From positions 868,001-932,000 of the forward strand of contig OZ287087.1 of assembly GCA_965645245.1 (NCBI GenBank): 64,000 bases of DNA, read 5' to 3'. Positions 8,493-20,806 of the stretch are shown piece after piece (positions within the stretch are counted from its first letter, which is position 1; every line of letters starts with the position of its first letter). A model generated the notes under the pieces. The model did no database searches, had not been told where the DNA came from, and saw only the letters and a program-made list of their open reading frames with translations. The translations under genes were made by a program, and so were the position numbers. Source of the DNA: Massalongia carnosa (Eukaryota).

Positions 8493-11400
8493 ATGTCTTT
8501 TCAAAAAAAGACTCTAACATCCTGCCCAAGCACCGACCTTACGATCATGCCATAAAACTAAAAGAAGGTTTCCATCCACCCAATCAGGCTCTTTATGGTA
8601 TGAGTCGCGATGAGATCCTTGAACTCCGCCGTTATCTAGACGACAATCTAACCAAAGGCTTCATTCGAGCCAGCAGTTCTCATGCCGCATCGCCTGTCAT
8701 GTTCGTCAAGAAACCTGGAGGAGGACTCCGCTTTTGTGTAGATTATCGAGGACTAAATGCAGTCACCATCAAGAACCGTTACCCTCTGCCCCTGATTGCC
8801 GAAACCCTGAACCGGCTGTCCAAAGCTAAGATTTTTACGAAATTAGACATCATAGCAGCGTTCAACCGCCTAAGAATCAGAGAAGGTGACGAAGAACTCA
8901 CCGCATTTAGAACTCGATTTGGTCTTTTCGAGTATCTCGTCATGCCCTTCGGTTTATGTAATGGCCCTGCCTCGTTTCAGCATTACATCAATGACACTCT
9001 TAGGGAATACCTGGACAACTTCTGCACCGCGTATCTATATGACATTTTGATCTACAGTGAATTCGAGGCCGAGCACGAGATTCATGTAAAACGTATTCTC
9101 ACAAAGCTCCGAGAGGCCGGTCTGCAAGTAGATATCACCAAATGCGCGTTTCATGTCACCGAAGTCCCCTACCTAGGCTTGACGGTGACCACTAAAGGCA
9201 TCAAGATGGATCCAGCCAAGATCGAGACGGTCGTCAATTGGCCAACGCCTAAGACCATGAAAGATGTTCAAAGCTTCCTTGGTTTTGCAAATTTTTATCG
9301 TCGTTTCATTCTAGGGTTCAGTAAAATCGCCGAGCCGTTGACCAAGCTTACTAAAAAGGATACCAAGTTCGTCTGGAGCGAGAAATGCCAGCAAGCCTTC
9401 GACTTCATGAAGGGAGCATTCACTTCCGATATGGTCCTACTGCATTTTGACCCAGACATGGAAATCATATTCGAGACTGACGCCTCCGACTATGTCTCTG
9501 CAGGAATCTTGTCCCAGTATGACCCCGAAGGCGCCCGTCGCATACATTTCCAAAAAGCACAACCCAGCCGAGTGTAATTACGAAATCTATGACAAAGAAC
9601 TCATGGTCATCGTCCGAGCTTTCGAGGTGTGGAGACCTGAACTAGAAGGATCCGCTCTCCCTATCAAGGTTATTTCCGACCATAAGAATTTAGAATACTT
9701 CGCCTCCACCAAGCAACTTAGCCGTCGCCAGACGCGCTGGAGCGAATTTCTGTCTAGATTTGACTATAAGATAGTCTACCGGCCAGGGAAAGCTGGTGGG
9801 AAACCTGACGCATTGACCCGAAGGTCAGGAGACCTCCCTCAGGAGGGGGATAGCTCTGATGAAAGACATCAATTTCAGCATCAGACGATCCTCAAAGCCC
9901 ATAACCTAGACGAAAATGTAGCGCAGAGCTTCAATCTAGACGATTCACTCATGTTAGCCCCAGCTTCTTTGGACCAAGAACACGAGCTCGACGCCGAGTC
10001 CGACGCTGAACCGAATGACGACCTAAATCCCAATGAACCTCAGTTAGACTTAGACTCGGATCAAGTCGCACCAGATCAAGACCCTATGGATGTAGCTACA
10101 CAGCATTTATGGAACCTAGCCCAGGACCGAGACCAGTTTGCCCCCAGAATCCTAGATATGCTCGCCAATGGTGCTCGATACCATAGCGGCATCCAACTAG
10201 CAGAGTGCGAAGATAGAGACGGATCTCTATATTTCAGGAATCGAAAGTACGTACCCAAGTCCGATAGACTAAGATTGAGGATCCTCCAGTTGGCCCACGA
10301 CAGCGTCGCAGGTGGCCACCCCGGCCGGGCAAAATGCCATGAATTGGTAAATCGAGCCTATTGGTGGCCCAACATGCATAAGACCGTCTAGAGATTCGTG
10401 CGTAATTGCCATGTGTGCAAGCGATCTAAGCCATCCCGCCAACGATATCAAGGCTGGTTACGTCCCTTGCCCCCACCCGAACGCCGATGGCGCGATGTTT
10501 CCATGGACTATGTCGGTCCCTTGTCGGCAAGCACCTTTATGGGGGTTACCTATCGATACGTCCTAGTCTTTGTTGACCGTCTCACCAAGATGCGTCACCT
10601 AGTCCCGGTCACCTCCATGGAAGTCGAGGAAGCGGCGAACGTGTTCTATCAAAGCGTGTGGAAACTGCACGGCCTACCAGATGTTTTAATATCTGATCGA
10701 GGAAGCCAATTCGTGTCGGAGTTATGGAAGATGTTTTGCAAACGATTGAGAATCGATGCTCGTCTGTCCACCGGTTATCACTTAGAAATAGATGGCCAAA
10801 CCGAGCGAGTCAACGCGGTCATGGAACATTACCTAAGAGCTTATGTTAATTACATGCAGGATGACTGGGCTCAATGGTTGCCTGGTGCAGAATTTGCTGC
10901 CAATGACACCGATTCCTCCAGTATTCTAGCATCACCGTTCTTGGCCAACTCGGGTCAACTTCCTCGTATGGGTTTCGAACCTGAGGAACCCTTGCCTCAA
11001 AACATCACCGCGCAGTTCCGTGCCAATCTAGTCTCGGCCAACGCCTTCGCCGATCGTATGCAGGAAATGGAAAGTCATCTACGAGATGAAATGCTCGTCG
11101 CTCAAGCCACGTATGAATCCACCGCCAATTCCAACCGTCGTCCCTGCCCTCGCCATACCGTAGGAGATATGGTCTGGCTGAATACCAGAAATATCCAAAC
11201 CGCTAGATCTACAGTCAAATTAGTCGACAGGAACATAGGACCATACCGCGTTAATCGAATCTTCTCAAATCCTCTAGTAGTGCAACTAGAACTCCCTAAA
11301 TCCGTAAAAACCCATCCAGTCTTCCATGTTAACCTATTGCAGCATGCTGCTAACGACCCACTGCCTGGTCAACACCCAGAACCCAGAGACCCTGTCATCG

Positions 11401-11669
11401 CTGAGGACGGCCAAAGAGAATGGTTTGTCAATAGCATCCTAAATTCCAAGTATGACCGACGTCATCAACCACACCTGCTCAAGTACCTTGTCGATTGGGA
11501 AGGATATTCCGCCACTTGGGAACCCTTGCATCTCATAACCAATTGCCAACAGGCACTAGATGATTATCATCTAGCTCACCCGAATGCCGCTGGCCCTCAC
11601 GTCACCCCTTGCACTATCCCTCGCTGTGCCAATGTCAGGACTAGCCGCTTCGCAGGAGCTCGCCCTTAG
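8493..11669 (+). pseudogene. pol: Gypsy pol RT-RNase H-integrase-chromodomain, disabled
   Basis: [19 protein letters not shown] (YLDD mutated), ETDASD, HPG..C..C zinc finger, SDRG, YLVDWEG; frameshifts near 8550 and 9530, stop at 10389. Confidence 0.93.
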
Positions 11670-11682
11670 AAGGGGGAGCTAC

Positions 11683-11992
11683 TGTTATGGAATTGGTTTG
11701 ATTCCTAGAATCGAGATCAGAACGCCTTAGCGCTGTGCCAAGCATCAGAACCTTCGGAGGCCTATCTTACACCACATGTCTAGCTATCTAAGTATCCTTA
11801 CCTAGTCAGCAAAAGAACTTTCCATGCATGGTAGGCCCTGGTAGAAGGAGATTGCGATGGAAAGGATCGAGGCATAGGGGTAAAAGGGTGTTAGTTGTAT
11901 ATAGTCTCTCAGGTGCTTCATGGTTTTTGGTCCTCGTCGGACGTCTTGTATATACATCCCAAGTATCTAGTTTATATGACCAATCCCTGACA
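11683..11992 (+). repeat. 3' LTR of Gypsy element 1
   Basis: Follows the PPT; TGTTATGG...CCTGACA. Confidence 0.95.
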
Positions 11993-12059
11993 GTAGATAG
12001 AACAATCATACCTTCTAATATTCGTGTCAGGTATTAAGGTGATCAATTGTGACCCCAAT

Positions 12060-12790
12060 ACAAATAACACCGATTTGAAAGCCAGTAGAGAGCACGTTCA
12101 AGTAACTCTACATTAAAGAACATGGCGAGACACCACCGCTGCTGAAATCGGAGCCTTCATCGGAATTTTGTTATATATGGGTTATACGCGCATGTCTCGA
12201 ATTGACGACTATTGAAACGTCTATTCGAAACACGCTTTGCATGCCACCGTTATTGCCTGCATGGGTCGCTGTCGATGGGAGTAAATAAAGCGATATTTGA
12301 AGATATGCAACCCCGTTGAAGACCAAAAGCTTCATACACGTGGCCCGATTGGTGAAAGAAATTGAAACCGTTGATGATCGAGTTCCGAATAGCTTCAAAA
12401 AAGCATTGGATTCCAGACAACCACGTGTCTGTTGATGAGCAATTAGTCAAATTTAGAAGAAGAAGTCGTCATGTCATGCAGATAGCCACCAAAGCCCAAG
12501 GAGTAAACACCAAGGTGTATAGTCTATGTGATCAAAATTATCTCTATGAATCCCTTCTTTCATTCAAGGTTTGAAGCAAAAATTCGAGAATTTAGGCTTA
12601 AATAATTGATTTTCTGCTCAGATCACCAAGGTCAGCGAGTTGAAAGCAGCCAGGCAATTGAATTTTTCAGCTACCAAATGGGGGTTAACTTCTTCCTCTT
12701 TGACGATTATTCAGCTATGCAAAAGTCTTTCTACGAACGCCAATCACCTTTTATTTGTCAACTAACAGCTATGCACATTCGAGATCTCAC
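12060..12790 (+). pseudogene. piggyBac-like transposase fragment
   Basis: WRDTTAAEIGAFIGILLYMG and VSVDEQLVKFRRRSRH...TKAQG..KVYSLCD..YLY; many stops; termini not found. Confidence 0.75.
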
Positions 12791-12814
12791 CACACCTCAA
12801 GCGCTCAACCTAAC

Positions 12815-15800
12815 TCATGACTCAACCGAATTTATAACTAAATCAGAACACAGTCTTTGCGAAATTTTAAACCCGTACTTTCCCTCTTCAAAAATTGAAC
12901 GGCCCTCACTTTCCATCAAGGTACGATCAACAGCTTGACTCGCTCGAAATATCTGCTCGATCTCATCCACTTCGTGAAACTTCCTCTGATCTCGAAGTAC
13001 CGAACCAAGGTTCCTCATACTTCTCTGTGTGTGCGGATTATTAGGACCAAATATTTTTAGCCGGGTTTGCAAAGCTCTGCGATGATATTGTTCGCTCTCT
13101 TCTGGACGCTTGAGGTGTCGAAGGACAATGCCAAGCATATTAACACATGTTAGTGTCTGAGGATTGTCTCCTCCTAATCGCGTCTCCCTAACAGTAAGAC
13201 CTGTCCGGCTGATAGTCTCACTTTCCCTGAATGCTTGCATTGCCAATAAAATATTGCCCATCTCATTGTGGCGTAAGCCAATCTCCTTCAGAGTGGCAGC
13301 CAGATAGTCCATTGTCAGCACAGCCTCCAGGCTATTCTCGCCAAAGACCCGGTTCTTCTTGATCAGCGTCGTACGTGAAAGGGCTTCCGCCTCTTCGAAG
13401 AGACCTTGCTCTGCCAACGTGTTGGCTAGCCCATCCTCGGATAGAAGGGTATCTGGGTGATTGATGCCCAGTAGTGCCCTCCGAAATAGTAAAGATTGTT
13501 CGTGGAGACGTCTACTTTCGTCATGGTTTCCCATTCGAGTCAGGACAGAGGCAAGCAGAACATGGAATTTAAAGTCACTTGATATTGTTCCCCCAGGGTC
13601 CGTATGCGGCCGTCCAAGACTTCACGGTGCAGTACCGCAGATTGTGTCCATTCCCCGCGATAATGTAATAATTGAGCGAGCTGAAATTTTGTCTCTAAAG
13701 TCTCGGGATGATCTGCACCAAAATCCATTGTTCTCCGCTGAACAACTTCTTCGAGGCGCAAGCGGAAGCAGTCAACAACCAAAGCGAGACGAGGGTCCTG
13801 AAAAACGCAATTTCCAATCCAGTCGTTTAGGAGTTTCTGCGAAACGAGCAGATTGCTAACTGAAAAACCAGCATTGTTAACGGCGACGCACCGCTCTATA
13901 TAAGCCAGCAGCTGATCAGATTGGAGGAACAAATGCAAACGGCGTAACAGATCCATTGTTGGTGCTCCAGACTGAGCCAAATGTCGAACCCAGAACATCG
14001 CGGCATATTCGAGAAGATCGGAAGAAGGGTTCGTAGGGGCTGGGCAAGAAGCAATGATTTTAGATCTGTCCTTCCACTCTTTAAAGTTCAGATATGTGAT
14101 ACAGATGCTGCCTAAGTGTTGATTTGCTTCTGATTTGACAACGCGGAACTTTGCGACTGGAATCTGCTGAGAGCTGCAGGGCTCTTCAGAGACTAGTAGG
14201 TACTCCTTGACAGTAAGATGTACAAAACTTACGACGCGTTCAGCACGGTCCTCGCTAGGCTCGGAGATCTTTACAAGCGACCCAAAAATATCTTCCAAAA
14301 AACCTGTCAGATCCAAAACTCGATCATCAGGATCGATCTCTGAGGCTCCTGGCCGAATAGCTAGAGCTGTGGCTAGCTCTGATACTGTTAAGTGCCGCTC
14401 TGCACATGCAAGCCAATTAAGCAGAAGTTGAGCCGTCCTTTGCCGTCGATGGTTTTCCGCCAGCAGCTTCTCCAAGATCCGACCATAGAGTTGACTCAGA
14501 CCGCGAGGGACGTTGTTCAAAATCTGATTGATTTCAGAGAGACAGGTTGCTTTCTCGAGTGACTCAACCATCAGTCGCGTCCACAGGAACTGTCCGTCTG
14601 CCTTCGATATTAGTGCTTGTGTGATTCGATGACTCATAGTGTTATCTAGGAAATTGGAAAGTGGAGATCTCTGAACCACTTTCCGTATGTATAGAGTCAT
14701 GTCTTGCTCGATCACGTTCGAAGTAATCTCAAGTGAAGACCACGTCGATAGTGCAATGCGAAGCCATGGCTCACTCCGACTAAAAACCGATAGATGAAAT
14801 TGATGGTTGGCGGATAATTCAGCAAGTTGCTGCAGCAAAGTAGACTCACGGCCACTCTCGCACTCATCCAATGCATCAATGATAACAAATATCGGATGAG
14901 AGCGATGCGTGATCATTGCCTTGAAGAGATCTAGTAGTTCTAAGAAGGATGTAGATTTTTCCTGGCCACTTTTTATGATAACCTCACGAGCCAATTGTAC
15001 AAGATCGGTGTTTCCAGCTACGAGCTGCGCAATAAGTGACCGCAAAACCCCAATAGGGGTTCTCTTCGCTGGATCTCCTTCGTCGCAGAAGAAATATATG
15101 ACTGAGATTGATACTTGCTGTGCTTTCATGTGTGCGACTAGAGAAGAGCTGAGCATGCTTTTCCCACACCTAAAATTCCGTTCAACATATACATAACATT
15201 TGTCGCAAAGGGAATGAAAGGATGGCTCACCCTGGTATACCTTTAACCCATAGTAATTTTTGAGTTCCGCTTGACCAAGCTTTCACCTCTGGTCTCATGA
15301 AGAACCATGTGCCGGTGCCTTCTGCTCGCGCTCGCTGAAGGTTCTCAAAGCGATCCTTAGTATCGGCAGGACCGAGCCATTTGATGACCTCCAGACATTC
15401 TAAAAGTTCTTGATGCGAGTTTTGTCGACGTCTTGCAGATTTAGATTCCTCGATATGACAAAAATTGGCTTCGAGATCAACGAGATTTTTGTGCTTCTCT
15501 AAGTTAACAATGATTCTATCTGATTTTGCTTCAAAATCGCTCCAGAGAATCTTTTTAAACAAAAGAAAGCCTAGGCAATGATTGTAAGCCTTAATATTAG
15601 CAGAATAGAGAAGCATAACCGACTCTTCTTGCAAAAGAAAGTAGTCGCAAGAATGCAGAAGTCTATAACATCGGCGTACACTGCAGCGAGCATTTCGCAA
15701 AGCTTTGTGCTGTCCGAAAAGATGTCGACGACTTGCTGTATCCTAGGCAAATGATCACCGAGATCGTTGATAACCTGGGAGAATTTATCGAGGTAATTGA

Positions 15801-16273
15801 GAACTCGATATGAGACCTGTGGAAACGAGTTATTGACGCAATTCGCAAACACGAGGGCAGAAACAGTACGCCTACCACCAATAGAAGATTGATTGAGCCC
15901 CACAGAACCGCAATAGCCATATGGCTATTGGAATATATTTTTAGCACCTCGTCGTAGTGCGTAACACTCTCGAGAAAGGACCGAAATTTGCCATAGAAGT
16001 GGAAGACCCCTCTTTTGGCGGTCTTGATTTGGAGCAAGCGTAAGCGATGGAGGACATCCTCAGCTGACTTAGCAGAAGCAATAATGGCTAGTTGATTTTG
16101 CGAGTAGTGCTGCTCCGCATATCGCTGCGCATTCTGCCATGCGCGCTCAAGTGGGTCTACATTTTTGAGTGTGGGGAGACTGCAGCATCGATCTATTGCT
16201 TAGCTGTGGCAAACAAGTATGGAACAGACCAAGAGCACCTGAAATGTGGTGAGCCAGACGAAGATATGGACAT
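12815..16273 (-). pseudogene. Fungal NLR-like gene: helical N-terminal domain, NACHT NTPase, winged helix, TPR repeats; apparently frameshifted
   Basis: P-loop GIPGCGKS is rebuilt across intron 15170-15230; Walker B VIIDALDE; KADGQFLW; TPR-type G.DHP.TL repeats. 1-nt frameshifts near 13558 and probably near 16165; start codon tentative. Confidence 0.85.
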
Positions 16274-16780
16274 AATCGGAGAGTCAGTGACAATGGGAGC
16301 TAAAGCAATGTTTTGGTAAAGCAAATCTTGCCAGTGGCATCGCTATGCCTTTATGGAACTCATTTATCGATAGGCACAGGCAGGCAGGCAGCGAAGCGCT
16401 CTCATGTATAGCAAAGTGGGGCGCAGTCAACATAATGGATTTGGGCACTCTTGAATTTGCGGTAGGGATATCTATTGCGTACAAGAAACAATGAGTTAGA
16501 ATGATTAGATTTCTATCTATAGACAAAATGGGTAGAAATGTCCCAATTATGCTTCGAAACTTTACCACGTGTTCCAGGACCATCGGTCTTTGGATTAGGG
16601 CTAAGCCTACTCTAATCAGGTAATTGCAGGCGGCTTGGCATATATCAACATGAATCAAATTAAATAACGAGAAAGACAGAAGCTAACCACTTCATCGTTG
16701 GTGCCTACCTATTTTTGTATAGAAAGGTTTCCTGGCGAATTAACTATCTCAAAGTATCCCCTGTATCCCCTTATACCAGC

Positions 16781-17334
16781 GAGATGCTTAGGGACAGTTC
16801 CCCTGTGTAAATCTTTACTAGTACTCCGTAAACATCCCTTTTACTACTCATCCAGGGTGCGAACAAAAGCTAGCAGTTACACTAGGTATTAATAATGTTG
16901 CGCTTACTGACTAAGTGTATTCAACACCTACAAATCTACCTATTGCGATGACTTCAACTCCAAGAACTCGTCAGCCAATTGCGATACATCATCTTTTCTA
17001 GGCTTCATGGTTGTTGCCACCTTTCTCATTGCCGTTTCCTTTCTCGCTTGAGCCCTATCAATCTAGGGTTGCGTATTCGCTGTTGATTGCACAAAATCTC
17101 CTGATCTAATTGTTTTTTCCGCACCTCATCACATATTTTCTGCACCGATTGTCTTATAGGAGTGTTTCTAGTAGCAATAACACGTCATACGATTTAAACC
17201 GAAAAGAGTTTGATGTGCTGTTGGCAGTTGCATTACTAGCTTGTACGCACCCTGGATGAGCAGTAAAATGGCTGTTTACTAGCAAAGATTTACACAGGGG
17301 GGACGGTCAGGGGGGGACTGTCCCTAAGCATCTC
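16781..17334. mobile_element. MITE-like element with about 110-bp imperfect TIRs (GAGATG...CATCTC, Mutator-like termini)
   Basis: GAGATGCTTAGGGACAGT..CCCCTGTGTAAATCTTTACTAG..CTCATCCAGGGTGCG is inverted at about 17230-17334; no TSD seen. Confidence 0.6.
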
Positions 17335-17344
17335 GGTAATGCCC

Positions 17345-18877
17345 GACCTCTACTAATTCGAAGTTAGTGCAACATCATTGTGGACGAGGCTCTTCACATC
17401 TGGCTGCACGACTACGAGTCGACACACGGCACCGCAGTCGGCCAAAATGGCCAGAACCAGACGGAGGCGCGGAGGAAGGAGACGTGGATCCTGGCTTACG
17501 CGCCCGGTGCTCCCAATGAATTTGAAGAGAGGACGATCCACTGCAGCAGCCTCGCGATCAGGATTGAGTTTCCCAACCACGCCGCAGCACCTCCTCGCTA
17601 TGTCGAAAACTTGCGGGCGTTCGTCAAGAAGTGCCAGGAAGTAGCTGAGAAGAGCGACTCAAGCACCCAGCGAAGCTCCGACTCCGCGTGAGAGGCTCAT
17701 CTACTACGAGGTCAAAAATATTGGAGAGGGAGCGTTTGGTCGAGTTCATAAGGTCATCAAGGCGCGAGACGGGAAGGTCTTCGCCGCTAAGATATTTAAC
17801 CCTCCGCCCAATAAGAACAAGCGGAGGGACGAACCGGACCCCGAGTGGCTCATTAGGATACGGAGAGAGTTTACTCTCATGAGAGATAACCCTCATGTAC
17901 GTGTGCTACCGTGCATGTGTTAGTTTCGACATAGAACTAACCACCACATAGCCGAATGTGGTACAGGTGTTTGAACTTCGGGAGACCCCAGAGCCTGCGA
18001 TTATCATGGCCTACTATCCCCTTGGATACATAGTCGACGCGGGCATCGTTGACGAGGACAGATACGTCAGTGCTTTGGGACAGATACTCGACGGCCTCAG
18101 CCACCTCCACGCAAAGGGGGTGGCCCATCGCGATCTCAAACCTGAGAACATCTTGATCGAGATGGATCCGCTCTTTAAGGTCGTCGTCGCCGATTTCGGC
18201 ATGGCTAAGGTCGCAACCGATACCGCTTTGCTGAAGACTTTCTGCGGCTCGCTCAAGTACGCGGCGCCTGAGATGTTCCCATGCCTCAGTTCCGGCCACG
18301 GGCCTCTGGTCGATATCTGGTCGATATCTGGTCGCTGGGCATCATCGTCTTCGAATGGATCTACGGCATTCCAAATCCCACAGATGTTCCCAAGCCGAAA
18401 ATGAAGACCGGGGAAGTCTCCGCACAGAAGTTGTACGATTGGGTTGGCACATGGGCCAAGCTACTCCTCAACAAGTTGGACGAACAAGAAAACGACCTGG
18501 TCATCCACATCCTAGTTCACATGATTGAGATCAAGGTCAGGAAAAGATGGCCTGCGAGTCGGTGCCTGGCGCAAGGTTTCAAGAGCGGCTTATTCAAAAG
18601 GAGGATGAATGATGGTCTCGTCGTGTGCGCAAGCGACCCGGAAGACCTTGATTTGCCCGCGGAGGAAGGAGACAACGGGACAAAGACGCCGACTGCGGTG
18701 TCACCGCCTGGCTCAGAACCATCACGGTTTACGGCCTCGATGTCGTTGGCGGGCCTCGACCCCGAAGCCACCATCATAATAGGGAACATGTTGGGTGGAG
18801 GAGGATCGGCAAATTTGCACCAATTTTCCTCCAGTGGAACAGAGAGAGTGCGGGATGACCCTGAAATCCAGAACTAA
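17345..18877 (+). pseudogene. Ser/Thr protein kinase with partial FHA-like N-terminus, 5'-truncated and frameshifted
   Basis: GEGAFGRV, AAK, HRDLKPENI, DFG, YAAPE, DIWSLG; probable intron about 17897-17951; 11-bp duplication at 18308-18329. Confidence 0.85.
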
Positions 18878-20806
18878 ACGAAGGGTTATCCGACTCGTAT
18901 CTAGCTCATAAGCGAACCAGGCTTGGAGTCCTCAAACTTCTTGAGAGTCAATCTTGTCTCAGAGCTAGCGAAACTTATCACTACCATTTCACATTGGTTT
19001 ATGTTCCACGGGCCATGTCCCTCTTCTAATTGGAATCCCCCTTCCTTAAGGAGTATCATATCGGAGAACCTCATGTTGAAGATGTAGCAGACGAACGGTC
19101 TTCTCCTTTTTCAGGATCATTATTACCTAGAATTTTACGATCTAAGCTGTCATGCTTTCCCTTCGCTAGGCTATCCTACACCTGCAATTTCCTCGACCCA
19201 CATTGACAAGCTCTTCAATTCATAACTTCTATGAGATTTTGGGTTTCTGGTTATCTCTAGCAGGAGTAGTAACTTTCTTGTGGTCATCATCTCTACCCAG
19301 CCATTCATCATCATAGACCATTTCTCTAGTGGGCCGTGAAGCCGCTTCTTTCATAAAGTCCCCACCAGAACGAAAATTCTTGTGCCCTGCTACACCTAAT
19401 GTCTGATAAATCGTTTGTAACGATCACGCCTGCCTAACCCCATAACAATGACTGGTATATCTCCGGCGGCTTCCGCCATCCGTCGGCCGTGGCTTTTGGC
19501 GATAGGAGTGTCTCTACGTTTGCCATCGCTGGAGGTGGAAATTCGATCGATCTTACGAGGTATTGGATCGCCGCGTACGGTAGATTTGCCCTTTGGCTGG
19601 TTAATAGTCGCCTGACGAATATATAGTGCAGAGTGTGCTTATATTCCATCATAGCCACTAGATTCCAACTCCTTTTCGATATGGTCCACTTCGGCTTTAG
19701 TGCGGTTCTTATAATATTGGCACCTATTTATCTTAGCTCAACCTGAACGGAGGCATTGTGGATTTGTTTTACCCTTCGTAGTTGTTCTGTTGCTTTCCCC
19801 TTTCCTCATGTCCGTTCTCGTCAGAATGTGCGCGCTTCCTCTTATCTCTGTTATCCTCCTCCACGTCATCCGTTCTGAATTGCAATTCAAGTTTGTGTTC
19901 GACCATTGCAGCGTCTTCACTTAGCCAACAAAGGGAGCCACAGGCGTGAAAGGAAGGGATGTTCATAAAATATAGAAAGTAGATATGCAAAAGAATGTTT
20001 ATCTGCTAATGTTTGCTCTAGTCCCAGACATGTCAATGTGCCAATGCAAGGAGAGCGCTCCGGGAGGACGACTTTAACCCATTGCTGCTACCTCCAAGCA
20101 GCTACCCGAACTTGACGCACAATAGATGATGCTGCATTGGATGACACATAGTTTGAGATGTGGCGATCCTTACATCTTAAATGGCTTAGGAGGTGCGCGA
20201 TGCAAAAGTGCACGATTCATCGGCCCTTACGTTGTCTCTGTCCTCTAGTCTCGCATTGAAGGATATTGTATTAGAAAGTTTTGAAAGAAACAAATAGATT
20301 GCCTATTTAGACACTGTTATAAATGTTAGTATCAGCCTACATAGTATTTCCGGATCAGCGCCGACTTACTATGTTACATGAATCTCCCATAAGAGATAAA
20401 GCTGACTGCTAAGATTTATCTAGATCCATAACTCGAATTATCCGGCGGCTGCGTGCACGCCTTGTGTACCACTTATTCAAATCGGATCTCAGCAGCAAGG
20501 GATAAGTTTCAAAGCGTGATTGATTCTACCAGTCTCGCCGATACCACAGTGTCCACAAGTCGCGCAAGGAACAGCAGAGAGGGTCGACGTATAGATCGCA
20601 ATGTGATACTGGCTCTTTCAGCTCTCTCCGCCACCGACTTTGAGTTCAAGCTCGTCCCCTGTTTAGAGCTTATACTTGCGCATTCATACCTCGCCAGTCA
20701 ATGGGAACAGGACTTTAAAGCCTGACTGAAGTTTGGCGGGATGATGCTGATGGATGAAGCGGGGACGCGGAGGTTGAAAATCGGTAATGAAGACGATGAT
20801 GACTAA

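Larger units (their letters stand above)
4194..11992 (+). mobile_element. Ty3/Gypsy chromovirus-type LTR retrotransposon with internal inversion and nested insertions (defective)
   Basis: LTRs 4194-4501 and 11683-11992 (TG...CA), TSD GTATA/GTAGA, PPT GAAGGGGGAGCTAC 11669-11682. RT-RH-IN-chromodomain on +, gag and protease on -. Confidence 0.95.

Noticed and set aside
19434..20200. Possible small minus-strand gene
   Set aside because: Short broken frames with no recognisable motif; cannot be supported.
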